This document shows, piece after piece, positions 9,542 to 19,002 of a stretch of 64,000 nucleotides of DNA (position 1 is its first letter; every line of letters starts with the position of its first letter). The stretch comes from an uncultured Deferribacteres bacterium (GTDB taxonomy: Bacteria; Zhuqueibacterota; Zhuqueibacteria; Zhuqueibacterales; Geothermadaptataceae). The notes under the pieces were generated by a model. That model was not told the origin of the DNA. It made no database searches and saw only the letters and a program-made list of their open reading frames with translations. A program made the position numbers and the translations under genes. The stretch spans positions 6,958 to 70,957 of the forward strand of contig CAXHAT010000008.1 in the NCBI GenBank assembly GCA_964014485.1, read 5' to 3'.

Positions 9542-10417
9542 TTAATTTCGATGAAGATTTCGTTCCGATTCTGAAGCTAAGCTTATCATTAACTCATCGG
9601 TCGTAACCACGTGCGGAGGAATGAAGATGTTCATTTCGCGAAGTTTTTTGGCCATCCGCCAAGCGCGGGGCGGCGCCGTTTGTCTGGAAAAATCTTCAAA
9701 TAATTGGCTCGCGGCATTCCGATGGACGTCCGCGAGAATGCGTCCGTCGTCGAATAAAATAATGCGATTAGCGATGGACAGGGCGAAATCCATGTCATGG
9801 CTCACAACCATCAAGCCTTTGTCTGATTTGTCGCGCCAGGATCGGAGTTTCTCGGCCAGGATTCTTTTTGATTGCGCATCGAGACCCGCCAACGGCTCGT
9901 CAATCGCCAACATTTGCGGATTGAGTGCAAGTACGCCGGCGATTGCCGCTTTTCGCTTCTCGCCCTGACTTAATTCAAAAATTGTTCTTTTCGCGAAAAG
10001 CTCATAATCCAGGCTCAGAGCGGCCATTGCATCGCGCACGCGTTTTTTGACCTCATTTTCGGAAAGACCCAAATTGCGCGGGCCAAAAGCAATGTCTTGC
10101 TCAACACTCGAGGCAAAAAGCTGAGATTCCGGCGATTGAAACACCAAACCAATATGCTGCCGGAGTTCAGCAAGCGAGAAATCTTTGTCATGAATATTTT
10201 GACCGTTGACGGCCACCCTGCCGCGCGACGGCTTTCCCAGCCCCGTCAATAATTGCAGAAAAGTGGATTTTCCGGCGCCGTTCGCACCAATCACTGCAAC
10301 GGCTTCGTCAGATTTAAAGGAAAGAGAGACGTTTTTGAGGACGGGCTGTGCGTCGTCCGACGACCTGTTCTGGTAGCGGAACGAGACGTTTTCAAATTCG
10401 ATTTTTAACGCATCCAT
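9542..10417 (-). CDS. ECF-type (CbiO/EcfA) ABC ATPase
   Basis: GANGAGKST, LVFQSPESQLF, DIAFGPRNLG, LSQGEKRKAAIAGVLA, IDEP, VSHD; start overlaps the dgt stop. Confidence 0.85.
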   Translation of the reverse strand: MDALKIEFENVSFRYQNRSSDDAQPVLKNVSLSFKSDEAVAVIGANGAGKSTFLQLLTGLGKPSRGRVAVNGQNIHDKDFSLAELRQHIGLVFQSPESQLFASSVEQDIAFGPRNLGLSENEVKKRVRDAMAALSLDYELFAKRTIFELSQGEKRKAAIAGVLALNPQMLAIDEPLAGLDAQSKRILAEKLRSWRDKSDKGLMVVSHDMDFALSIANRIILFDDGRILADVHRNAASQLFEDFSRQTAPPRAWRMAKKLREMNIFIPPHVVTTDELMISLASESERNLHRN

Positions 10418-11694
10418 TGCGCTTCAAAATCGCTTAGATCGATGTTCGATTGAATTACGCCTTTCTTCCGAAATTTCTTGTACGCTGAAAGCGCGAAGAA
10501 GTCAGTCATTCCTGCGATGTGGTCGCAAATGAGGCGCGGTGTGGCTTGAAATTCTTTGCCGTCCGGGTCGGATTTGGATGGATTCGGTAAAAGTTCAGGA
10601 TTGAGCGCAAAAGCCTGGAAAAGCATTAGCAAGACTCCCCGGAGCAAATCATCGGCGTTGTTTACCATGGGGCGGTAAATGATGTTTTGGTAAATGAACT
10701 TGTTCAGCGCTTTCTGCAGCGGATCAAGTTCGGGACTGAAATCGACGATAAGTCTATCAAAAAATGTAAGTCTTTGCTTCTCTTGATAAAACGCGTCGAT
10801 TCCTTCGAACGCCGTTTCAATCACGTCGTCGACCAACAAATTGATCATGCTGCTTGTGAGGCGATTTTGGTAAAAATAAGCGTCGTCGGTGGAATCAAAT
10901 TCAAAACGGAATTTTCGTTCGGCAAGCTGAACGATTTCAAGTTTTCGCACTTCCTGCATTTCCACAAGACCGGCGCGAACCCCGTCTTCCAAATCGTGCG
11001 TCCGCTGCGCGATCTCATCGGCGATAGCGACGATTTGGCCTTCCAAAGTCGTTGGAGTCTCAAATTCCCAGTGCAGCCCGCGCAAATCCAGGTCGGCGTA
11101 ATGAATACGTTTTTTTTTCAAGCGCGTGTGCTTGATCACGCCTTCCCGCACCGGCGCGGTTAAGTTTAACCCGGGCGTGCGATACTTTTTTTCCAACAAG
11201 TCGAGGATTCGAACAGATTGATAATTGTGCTTAAAACCGCCGCATCTTTTCGAAGGCAAGCCGTCCAAATTGCCGTGCTTGCCTTGCATAATTTCGTCGA
11301 GAAGGTACTCGCCCAAATGGCCAAACGGCGTGTGCCCAAGATCGTGTCCCAAAGCAACGGCTTCGGTCAAATCTTCGTTCAAACCGAGCGCCCGCGCCAT
11401 CGTTCGAGCGATTTGCGTCACCTCCATCGTGTGCGTCAGTCGCGTACGATAATGATCGCCAACGTTGGTATGAAAAACTTGTCGCTTGTGTTTAAGCCGA
11501 CGAAACGCCCGAGAGTGAATAATCCGATCCCGATCACGCTGAAACTCGGTTCTGTAAGGGTGGGAAGCTTGCGACCGGGCGCGCAAATCTGCGGCGCTCT
11601 CGCTCAAACACGCGTAGCGGGCAAGAGACTTTTTTTCAAAACTTTGTAAATATTCGCGATCACGGAGCGCGAATACAGGTGACTTTTCAGACAT
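10405..11694 (-). CDS. dgt: dNTP triphosphohydrolase (dGTPase, HD domain)
   Basis: RTEFQRDRDRIIHSRAFRRLKHK-QV, RTRLTH, HDLGHTPFGH-GE, HDLEDG, DHIAGMTD. Confidence 0.92.
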   Translation of the reverse strand: MSEKSPVFALRDREYLQSFEKKSLARYACLSESAADLRARSQASHPYRTEFQRDRDRIIHSRAFRRLKHKRQVFHTNVGDHYRTRLTHTMEVTQIARTMARALGLNEDLTEAVALGHDLGHTPFGHLGEYLLDEIMQGKHGNLDGLPSKRCGGFKHNYQSVRILDLLEKKYRTPGLNLTAPVREGVIKHTRLKKKRIHYADLDLRGLHWEFETPTTLEGQIVAIADEIAQRTHDLEDGVRAGLVEMQEVRKLEIVQLAERKFRFEFDSTDDAYFYQNRLTSSMINLLVDDVIETAFEGIDAFYQEKQRLTFFDRLIVDFSPELDPLQKALNKFIYQNIIYRPMVNNADDLLRGVLLMLFQAFALNPELLPNPSKSDPDGKEFQATPRLICDHIAGMTDFFALSAYKKFRKKGVIQSNIDLSDFEAQWMR

Positions 11695-11821
11695 TGATTT
11701 GTTCAGGCGATCAGGCAAAAGTCATTTGGCGAGCACGTCAGTATAAAGGCGCGGCAGGATTTTGTTCCAGTTTTTTCGTACCGTTTCCAGAAATGCGGAG
11801 CGCCGGGCGTCGCACAGTTGT

Positions 11822-12021
11822 AGAGATTTTCAAAAAGCTTTGTCCACATTGAAAAACGCTTCGCTTTGAGCAAACTGAAGTTTGAACTACAAACGACGGA
11901 GGTTCCGCATTTGCTGTGAGCGTAAAGCGAGAAACGTCATTTGTAGTTCAAGTTTTAGCTTGCTGTTAGAGTTTTTGCCGATATTTATCGGGACAATCGG
12001 GAAATGTTTTTTAAAATCTCT
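11822..12021. mobile_element. ~200-bp non-autonomous element with terminal inverted repeats enclosing a REP doublet
   Basis: Outer IR AGAGATTTTCAAAAA / TTTTTTAAAATCTCT; inner inverted pair 11869-11898 and 11935-11964 (GTAGTTCAAGTTTTAGCTTG-type REP). Confidence 0.6.
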
Positions 12022-12138
12022 GCGTCCAGTGGTCTTGCCATTCTGAAACAACCCGTTCCGCGGGAATGACCTTTGACAACGTTTTTGACTTAAACAATCT
12101 CAGATAACCTTTGCTTCTGAGTAACTCTTTTTCGGAGT

Positions 12139-12258
12139 GGGGCTGTCCAAAATCATAATATTTTGACGACGTCACACAACATGTCGTAGGGGTTCAAAAT
12201 CTTGAACCCCTACATTTGGCACGTCCTTCATTCGGAAACCATGCTTTGGGACAACTCC
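12139..12258. mobile_element. ~120-bp MITE (copy 1) with a central GTAG REP hairpin
   Basis: TIRs GGGGCTGTCC / GGACAACTCC, AGT on both flanks, central GTAGGGGTTCAAAATCTTGAACCCCTAC; diverged inverted copy at 47525-47644. Confidence 0.75.
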
Positions 12259-12330
12259 AGTGAAGACAAGCAACACTCAAATGCCGAAGCGACTCCCTGA
12301 TCAAGACTGCAAGCGCGGTTGGTTAGCTGC

Positions 12331-12370
12331 AAAGTAACTGGAGAGTCAGAGACTTCAGCGTTTGATTTGG
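12331..12370 (+). repeat. Dispersed 40-bp intergenic repeat, copy 1
   Basis: 34/40 positions match 60743-60781 by manual alignment. Confidence 0.6.
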
Positions 12371-12590
12371 ATACTGGTGTGCTCGGCGCGGGTGCTGAAC
12401 GAAACATTTGCACGGCGGTCTGAAAATATCAAGAACACTATTTTAAAAGGAGCGTTGAAAAAATGCTGACAGCGTTTTTTGAAGAAGCGTGCGCGATGAT
12501 TTCCGTTTGTGATTCCAGTTTTTTCGGCGTATAATACACGGTTTCACGCCACGCCAAACCTCTCATACATTGATTTTGAGTGATACATTT

Positions 12591-14399
12591 ATGATGAAAA
12601 AAAATCTGGTCATATGTTTTTTTGTTGGCGTTTGTCAAAGCGTTTTCGCCCAGGAAACGATGCCGGTCAGCGAAGTCAAAATCGGCATGACGGCGACGGC
12701 GAAGACTGTCTTTAAAGGCGCGGAAGTCGAAGCCTTTGATGTTGAAATTGTTGACGTGATGAAAAATTTCTACCCGAAGCGCGACGTGGTGATGGTGCGG
12801 CTCAAGGGTGAGAAAGCGACTTTTGCCGGCCCCACTTCGGGCATGAGCGGCAGCCCGGTCTACTATGACGGTAAACTGATCGGAGCGCTGGCTTATTCTT
12901 GGGGAAGTTTTTTGAAAGATCCTATTATGGGCGTCACGCCGATTGGCGAAATGCTCGAGATTTTTGAAAAAGAAAATATCCGCGCGTCAGAAGTCGCTTC
13001 TGCGGCAAACGCTGAAATTATGCAGCGCTATGTCAACCTCGTCATGCATTTTGAACCGCATGACTGGCAAGCGTTTTTGCCTCCCGAACCTCTACACAAC
13101 GCTTCATCAAATACGCTCCCGCTTCCAATCCACTTGAGTGGATTTTCCGAGAAAATATTTCATTCAGCGCAATCCAATTTGAGCTCGTGGGGGCTGCGGG
13201 CCGTGCAGGGCGGAAAAGCGAGCAATGACACGAATACCGATGATTTGATTCCCGGCGCCATGCTCGCCGCCGTTATCATTGCCGGCGATTACGACGTTGC
13301 CGCGACCGGAACAATTACCTATCGAAAAGGCGACAAGCTGCTCGCTTTCGGACATCCGTTTTTTGATCGGGGCCCCATAGAAATGCCGTTGGCCAAGGCA
13401 AGCGTCCTGACAACTTTGGCCAGTTCTTTTAGCTCCACCAAAATGTCGTTGACCGGAGAAATCGTCGGTACGCTGTGGCAAGACCGCACCACCGGCATTA
13501 TGGGCGAGATCGGGCCGATTCCAGCCATGACAAAAGTGAAAATGCGCCATGTTTCAGAGCAAGGCGTTGAGACGGATTTCGATTTCGCGGTCACAAAAGA
13601 TCGGTCAATCGCCTCGCTTGCTCCGCTTTTTCTGAGGCTTGCCTTGATCAATGGACTCGAGTCGGCGCGGCTTGGCGTGAGCTTAAACACGTTGCGTGTA
13701 ACGGGAAATGCGTGGGTTTCAAACGGCGACGTTTTGCCGCTTGACAATCTCTATCCGGGATACCAGCCGCAAGGCTCCTTTTCTTTCCTGAACAGCGTGC
13801 TTCACAGCACGGGCGACGTTGCGGCTCGCATGGCCGCAATCTCAAACAACCCGTTTGAAAAAGTCACTTTCGATTCAGTTTATGTCGAATTTAAATCGGA
13901 GCCGGGGCGCAAGACCGCCGAGCTGGAAAAAGCCTGGGCGAATAAGCGGCGCTTTAAGCCAGGAGACGCAGTCGATGTTTCGTACATCGTGAAGAATTAT
14001 CACGGAGAGAAAGTTACTCGAAAAGCGAAAATCGTCATCCCCAAACATGTGCGTGATCGCAGCTTGACTTTGGTAATTGGCGGCGCGAATGCAATGAACG
14101 CATTTGAGACGCGGCTGACGCCCAACAAGTTCAAGTCTGAATCGTTCAGCCGATTAATGGATGTTCTCGCACAAGCTCGGCGGAATGATCGTCTTTATAT
14201 TCAATTGCGGGCGAGTGACAGAGGCGCGTATGTTGACGGTTCCTCGCTGCCCAATTTGCCCCCTTCAGTCTACCCGGTGCTCGCACGAACGTCAGACTCC
14301 AAGACCAGCCTGACGCGTGACAGGGTTATTCAAGAAATCGCACTCCCGGTTGATGCTATGATCAGCGGCGTACAATTGATTCGATTGCGTCGCGAGTAA
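12591..14399 (+). CDS. Secreted SpoIVB-like peptidase S55 domain protein
   Basis: Signal peptide (SVFA-Q); TVFKG, SGMSGSPVY..GKLIGALAY, GVTPIGEML, ATGTIT..LAFGHPF, DRTTGI. Confidence 0.85.
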   Translation: MMKKNLVICFFVGVCQSVFAQETMPVSEVKIGMTATAKTVFKGAEVEAFDVEIVDVMKNFYPKRDVVMVRLKGEKATFAGPTSGMSGSPVYYDGKLIGALAYSWGSFLKDPIMGVTPIGEMLEIFEKENIRASEVASAANAEIMQRYVNLVMHFEPHDWQAFLPPEPLHNASSNTLPLPIHLSGFSEKIFHSAQSNLSSWGLRAVQGGKASNDTNTDDLIPGAMLAAVIIAGDYDVAATGTITYRKGDKLLAFGHPFFDRGPIEMPLAKASVLTTLASSFSSTKMSLTGEIVGTLWQDRTTGIMGEIGPIPAMTKVKMRHVSEQGVETDFDFAVTKDRSIASLAPLFLRLALINGLESARLGVSLNTLRVTGNAWVSNGDVLPLDNLYPGYQPQGSFSFLNSVLHSTGDVAARMAAISNNPFEKVTFDSVYVEFKSEPGRKTAELEKAWANKRRFKPGDAVDVSYIVKNYHGEKVTRKAKIVIPKHVRDRSLTLVIGGANAMNAFETRLTPNKFKSESFSRLMDVLAQARRNDRLYIQLRASDRGAYVDGSSLPNLPPSVYPVLARTSDSKTSLTRDRVIQEIALPVDAMISGVQLIRLRRE

Positions 14400-14423
14400 A
14401 ATAAACGATTATTAAGGCAGTTC

Positions 14424-16568
14424 ATGAAAAAAGCAGTTTTCTTTGGGGTTGTTTTTACCATCGTCCAGTTTTCCCACGCCCTTGCGTCGGGTCCGGAAGT
14501 TAAAAAATATTCCACATTTAAGCACTTTAGCGCCGGTGAAGCCGAAGGCGTTGCAATTGGTTACGACGGCAGTTTAACGCTTTCGCCGCAATTTGAAATT
14601 CTTCAAGAAACCGGCGTTTCGCAGCTTTGGCAAATGGCCAAAATAAACAAAGCCTTATTCGTGGGCGGCGGCGATCCCGCAACCTTGATCCGAATTGAAG
14701 GGAGCGACACGACGAGCGTATATTCAGGAAAGGAAGCGGCGGTTTTCGCGTTAGAAGCGGATGCTGACGGAGGCTTGTGGTTTGCGCCTTCTCCTTCCGG
14801 CGGCGTGCATCGTTTCAAAAACGGCAAGGCGGAAAAAATCGCCCATCTTGGCGTCATTTACGTGTGGGACTTGCTGGCCCACGATGACAAAATGCTCGTC
14901 GCGACCGGCGAGCCGGGATACATTCTGAGCCTGACGCAGGCCGGCGAAATCGACACGTTTTTTGTGAGTGAAGAGACGCACATCCGCGCATTGGCCAAAG
15001 ATGAGAGCGGAAACATTTATGCTGGCTCGGCGGAAAACGGGATCATTTACAAATTTGATCGACAAGGGAAACCCTCGGTTCTGTACGATTCGCCGCAAGA
15101 CGAAATCTTCGAGATTATTCCCGGGGAAAACGGCGTCATTTGGGCGGCAGGCGCTAAAGAAGGATTTCAGCGACCGCTCACGCTCCCTTCAAGCGCACAA
15201 CAATCGGGCAGGACGCCTCAGGCAGGAAGCGCCGGGGCCGGTTCGGGCCAAGGGCAAAGCGCAATGTCGGTCGATCTGCCGCGTCCTTCGCGAAATAACG
15301 GCGCGATTTATAAAATTTCGTCACAGGGAACTGCAAAAAGTATGTGGCCGCGAGACGCCGACCGCGTGCAATCTTTTGCCAGGAAGCAAGGCGGCGGGTT
15401 TGTAATTGGCGCGGGCGATGACGGACGCGTTTATGAAATGGAAGATGACGGTCGCGTCAATCTTTTGCTCGATACCGATGCTTCTCAAATCACGCAACTT
15501 GCAACGATTGACGGCTTGATTTACGGCGTAACGGCAAATCCGGGCGCTAGCGTCCAAATAAAGCCGGGCGCTGCAAAGTCAGGCGACTATTTATCAAAAG
15601 TCTTTGACGCTAAAATTCACACGCGTTGGGGCAGTCTTTCTTCCGTGCAAAACGGCGGCAAAATCACTTTTTTTACCCGCAGCGGCAACAGCGCGGAGCC
15701 TGATAAAACCTGGAGCGATTGGAAAGATTTAAATCAGCAGTCTGCAGGCGCGCAGATTCAAGCGCCGGACGCTAGATTCTTACAGTGGAAAGCCGTTCTT
15801 CAAACACGCGGCGGATCAGCTCCGAAGCTCACCGAGGTGCGATTCGGCTATATGCAAAAAAATATCGCTCCGGAGATCAACACAATCACGATCCATGAAT
15901 TTGGCGTGAGCTTCCCGGACGCGGTTGCGGACGGCATGAAACGCGAACTCTGGAATCATCGCGGAGGCGTGAATGGAGCTGCGAACGGCAGAAGTTCCGG
16001 AAACAGGAAAAAGGTAACCATGCAGGGTTTCCAATCTGTGAGCTGGAACGCCGTCGATCAAAATGGCGACGATTTGATTTATGACGTTTTCTACAAGAAA
16101 AGGACGGGGGGCGCTTGGCGACCGTTGGTGAGTGAATTCACGGCGGGAGTCTATTCGTGGGACAGTCGGACGATTGAAGACGGCGAATACATCGTAAAAG
16201 TTGTCGCTTCAGACGCGCCTTCAAATCAGGCGAGCGAAGCCGAAACCGCCGAAAAAACAAGCGAGCCTTTTCGCGTGGATAATACGGCGCCGACGATTAC
16301 AGGGCTAAAATCAGCCGCTTCAGGCAAGACGACCACCGTCACATTCAATGTCACGGATGAAGGCGCTCGTTTGAAAGAAGCCTGGTATGCGATTGACGCG
16401 AGTCCCTGGAAAATTTTGTATTCAACGGACGGTATTTTAGACGCATTCTCCGAATCATTCAGCATCACTTTCGAAAATCTCGCCGCTGGCGCGCACATGC
16501 TGACGATCAAAGTTTTCGACGAAAATGACAACGTTCGTTTTGCCCATTTGAATTTTGAAGCGAAGTAG
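14424..16568 (+). CDS. Secreted beta-propeller protein with a beta-sandwich module and C-terminal FN3/Ig domains
   Basis: Signal peptide; blade repeats (YVWDL..ATG, HIRALA..YAGS..GIIY); TRSGNS..PD.TWS.W..RFLQWK module; W.A.D.NGDDL.Y, DGEY..KVVASDAPSN, VDNTAP. Confidence 0.75.
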   Translation: MKKAVFFGVVFTIVQFSHALASGPEVKKYSTFKHFSAGEAEGVAIGYDGSLTLSPQFEILQETGVSQLWQMAKINKALFVGGGDPATLIRIEGSDTTSVYSGKEAAVFALEADADGGLWFAPSPSGGVHRFKNGKAEKIAHLGVIYVWDLLAHDDKMLVATGEPGYILSLTQAGEIDTFFVSEETHIRALAKDESGNIYAGSAENGIIYKFDRQGKPSVLYDSPQDEIFEIIPGENGVIWAAGAKEGFQRPLTLPSSAQQSGRTPQAGSAGAGSGQGQSAMSVDLPRPSRNNGAIYKISSQGTAKSMWPRDADRVQSFARKQGGGFVIGAGDDGRVYEMEDDGRVNLLLDTDASQITQLATIDGLIYGVTANPGASVQIKPGAAKSGDYLSKVFDAKIHTRWGSLSSVQNGGKITFFTRSGNSAEPDKTWSDWKDLNQQSAGAQIQAPDARFLQWKAVLQTRGGSAPKLTEVRFGYMQKNIAPEINTITIHEFGVSFPDAVADGMKRELWNHRGGVNGAANGRSSGNRKKVTMQGFQSVSWNAVDQNGDDLIYDVFYKKRTGGAWRPLVSEFTAGVYSWDSRTIEDGEYIVKVVASDAPSNQASEAETAEKTSEPFRVDNTAPTITGLKSAASGKTTTVTFNVTDEGARLKEAWYAIDASPWKILYSTDGILDAFSESFSITFENLAAGAHMLTIKVFDENDNVRFAHLNFEAK

Positions 16569-16602
16569 ACAAAACTGAAAACTCTTCCAGAAAGCAGAAA
16601 AC

Positions 16603-17601
16603 ATGGTCTCCCAAAACCACCTCGACGCCATCCGCGAAATTATAGATAGTTCACACCAGGTTCTTATCACAACGCACGTAAACCCTGACGGCGACGCCAT
16701 TGGCTCTGAAATGGCGTTGGCCCGCTATCTTGGGCAAATCGGCAAAAGCGTCAAGATCATCAATTCCAGCCCAACGCCTTCAGGAATGCGGTTTCTTGAC
16801 CCCCGCAACGCCATCGAAGTTTTCGACGAAGATCGACACATCGAAGACGTGACGGCGGCGGACGCAGTGTTCATTCTCGATATCAGCGATTGGGCGCGTT
16901 TGCAAGACCTGGGCAAGCTTTTGAAAAAAATGCATTATCCCAGAGTGTGTATCGATCATCATCCGGCGCAGAATAAATTCGTCGACATTGACGCGATTTA
17001 TCCAAAAGCCAGCTCGACGGGCGAGCTGATTTACGATTGCCTGAAGGCGTGGGGCGCAAAACTGAACATGCGTATTTGTGAGGCGATGTACACCGCCGTC
17101 ATGACGGATACCGGCGGCTTTCGGTTTTCAAACACCTCGCCGCGCGTGCATGAAATCGCCGCTGATTTTTTGCGCTACAAAGTGTCGCCCAACAACGTCT
17201 ACGCCGAACTATACGAAAATCAACCAATCGAGCGCGTTAAATTGATGGGCGAAGTGGCGGGAACGATTGAGACCAGCGCCGACGGTCGCGCCGGCTGGGT
17301 CTACGTGACGCAGGACATGCTGCGCAAAACCGGCGCAACGTTAAAAGACACAGACGGATTCTCCGATTTGCCGCGAACGATTGAAGGCATTGAAGTGGCG
17401 CTTTTTTTCGCCGAATTGGAAGACCCCAAAGTCAAGGTCAGCTTTCGTTCAAAAGGCCGCGTCGTCATCAACGAAGTCGCCAGAAAATTTGACGGCGGCG
17501 GGCATAAATTTGCGGCCGGGGCGACGATTAAGGGCAAACTGCCAGACGTGATGGAAAGCGTTATTCGCGAAATAACGAATCTTCTCAATCCTGCCGGTTA
17601 A
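16603..17601 (+). CDS. nrnA: DHH-family oligoribonuclease/pAp phosphatase
   Basis: THVNPDGDAIGS, IDHH, TDTGGF, SFRS, GGGHKFAAG. Confidence 0.92.
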   Translation: MVSQNHLDAIREIIDSSHQVLITTHVNPDGDAIGSEMALARYLGQIGKSVKIINSSPTPSGMRFLDPRNAIEVFDEDRHIEDVTAADAVFILDISDWARLQDLGKLLKKMHYPRVCIDHHPAQNKFVDIDAIYPKASSTGELIYDCLKAWGAKLNMRICEAMYTAVMTDTGGFRFSNTSPRVHEIAADFLRYKVSPNNVYAELYENQPIERVKLMGEVAGTIETSADGRAGWVYVTQDMLRKTGATLKDTDGFSDLPRTIEGIEVALFFAELEDPKVKVSFRSKGRVVINEVARKFDGGGHKFAAGATIKGKLPDVMESVIREITNLLNPAG

Positions 17602-17650
17602 CATGCGTGATTTTTTACCCAAATAACTTCACTGACACTTTGTTCCGACC

Positions 17651-18826
17651 ATGAAAAATCAGGTAAGCAGCATCGTTTCGGAATTTGCGCCCAAGTTGAT
17701 TGAGATTCGACGGCGCCTGCATGAGATTCCGGAATTGGGAAACCAGGAACACAAAACAACGGCGCTTATCGCTGCGCAACTTGCGGAAGCCGGATTGACG
17801 CTCCGTCCCGATATTGAAGGAACCGGGGTTATTGCGGAAATCGAAGGCGCTGATGAAAAGATCGTTGGTTTGCGGGTGGACATCGACGCGCTCCCCATCG
17901 AGGAATTGACCGGCGTTTCTTACGCATCGAAAAACAACGGCCTTATGCACGCCTGCGGGCATGACGTTCATACGACTGTGGGCATTGGCGTCGCCCATGT
18001 GCTCAAAGCTCTCGCTGAGAAACCGCCGTGGACGGTGCGGTTGCTTTTCCAGCCCGCCGAAGAGTTGCAGCCGGGCGGTTCCGTCGGCTTTATCAAGCAA
18101 GGCGCGTTACGAAATATGTCCGCTATTTTTGGCGTTCACGTCGATCCCGGAATAGAAGTCGGCAACATCGGCCTGAAGTACGGCCCGCACCTGGCTTCGG
18201 TCGATGTATTTGAAATCGAAATTTTCGGCAAAGGCGGACACGCCGCACACCCGCACTTGGCGGTCGATTCGATTTATATTGCGGCGAAAGCGGTGACGGC
18301 CTTACAAAGCATCCCCGCCAGAAACATTGACCCTGTAAAACCGGCGGTTTTGACAGTCACTTCCATTCACGGCGGCAGAGCCAAAAACATCATCCCTGAA
18401 AGCGTCAAGCTGGCGGGAACGATTCGCACTTTGGACAACGGCGTGCGCGCCGAAATCCCCGAATTGATGAAACGCGTGCTCGCCGGCGTGACACAGGCGT
18501 TTGGCGGCGACTTCACTATTGAGCTGACGCGCGGTTCTTCGGTTTTGGTTAACGACAAAGTTTGTACACAAGTGTTCCAAAAAGCTGCGACAGAGCTTTT
18601 GGGCGAAAAACATGTTCAAATTATACAAGTTCCCCGAATGGGATCCGAAGATTTTGCCAATTATCTCGACCACATTCCCGGCGCGATGATGCGCCTGGGC
18701 GTCAGCTCCAGTGCAGAAACTTCTCACTCTCTCCACTCCCCATATTTCAATATTGACGAAAGCGCGATTCCGATCGGCGTTGAAGTTTTGGTGCGCACGC
18801 TCCTGGACTACATGAAAGTCGGTTAA
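17651..18826 (+). CDS. M20D amidohydrolase
   Basis: RRRLHEIPEL, DIDALP, MHACGHD, FQPAEE, GGHAAHPH, SEDF, LHSP. Confidence 0.92.
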   Translation: MKNQVSSIVSEFAPKLIEIRRRLHEIPELGNQEHKTTALIAAQLAEAGLTLRPDIEGTGVIAEIEGADEKIVGLRVDIDALPIEELTGVSYASKNNGLMHACGHDVHTTVGIGVAHVLKALAEKPPWTVRLLFQPAEELQPGGSVGFIKQGALRNMSAIFGVHVDPGIEVGNIGLKYGPHLASVDVFEIEIFGKGGHAAHPHLAVDSIYIAAKAVTALQSIPARNIDPVKPAVLTVTSIHGGRAKNIIPESVKLAGTIRTLDNGVRAEIPELMKRVLAGVTQAFGGDFTIELTRGSSVLVNDKVCTQVFQKAATELLGEKHVQIIQVPRMGSEDFANYLDHIPGAMMRLGVSSSAETSHSLHSPYFNIDESAIPIGVEVLVRTLLDYMKVG

Positions 18827-19002
18827 AAAATGACATTATTTTAAAGCCTTTACAACGTTCAGTGCGCGTATAGTATAAAATGCGACAAGTCCGGCTTCTG
18901 AACCGGCGCCGCATGGCCGAAAGGCGCAAACCGCACATCGACGGATTGAACGGTTAAATGCCGGATACGGAACGTGCTGAATCAACTCGACTTTTACACC
19001 CC

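Noticed and set aside
10405-11694. dGTPase as an anti-phage nucleotide-depletion system
   Set aside because: It looks like the ordinary housekeeping dgt type and sits in a non-defence context.
12262-12330. Integron attC site ending in GTTAGCTGC
   Set aside because: Only a right-end resemblance; I found no complementary left end, cassette ORF or integrase. Kept only as a note on the adjacent repeat.
12591-14399. Evidence of sporulation from the SpoIVB-like gene
   Set aside because: The organism has outer-membrane machinery, the motif order differs from SpoIVB, and no other sporulation gene is in the window.
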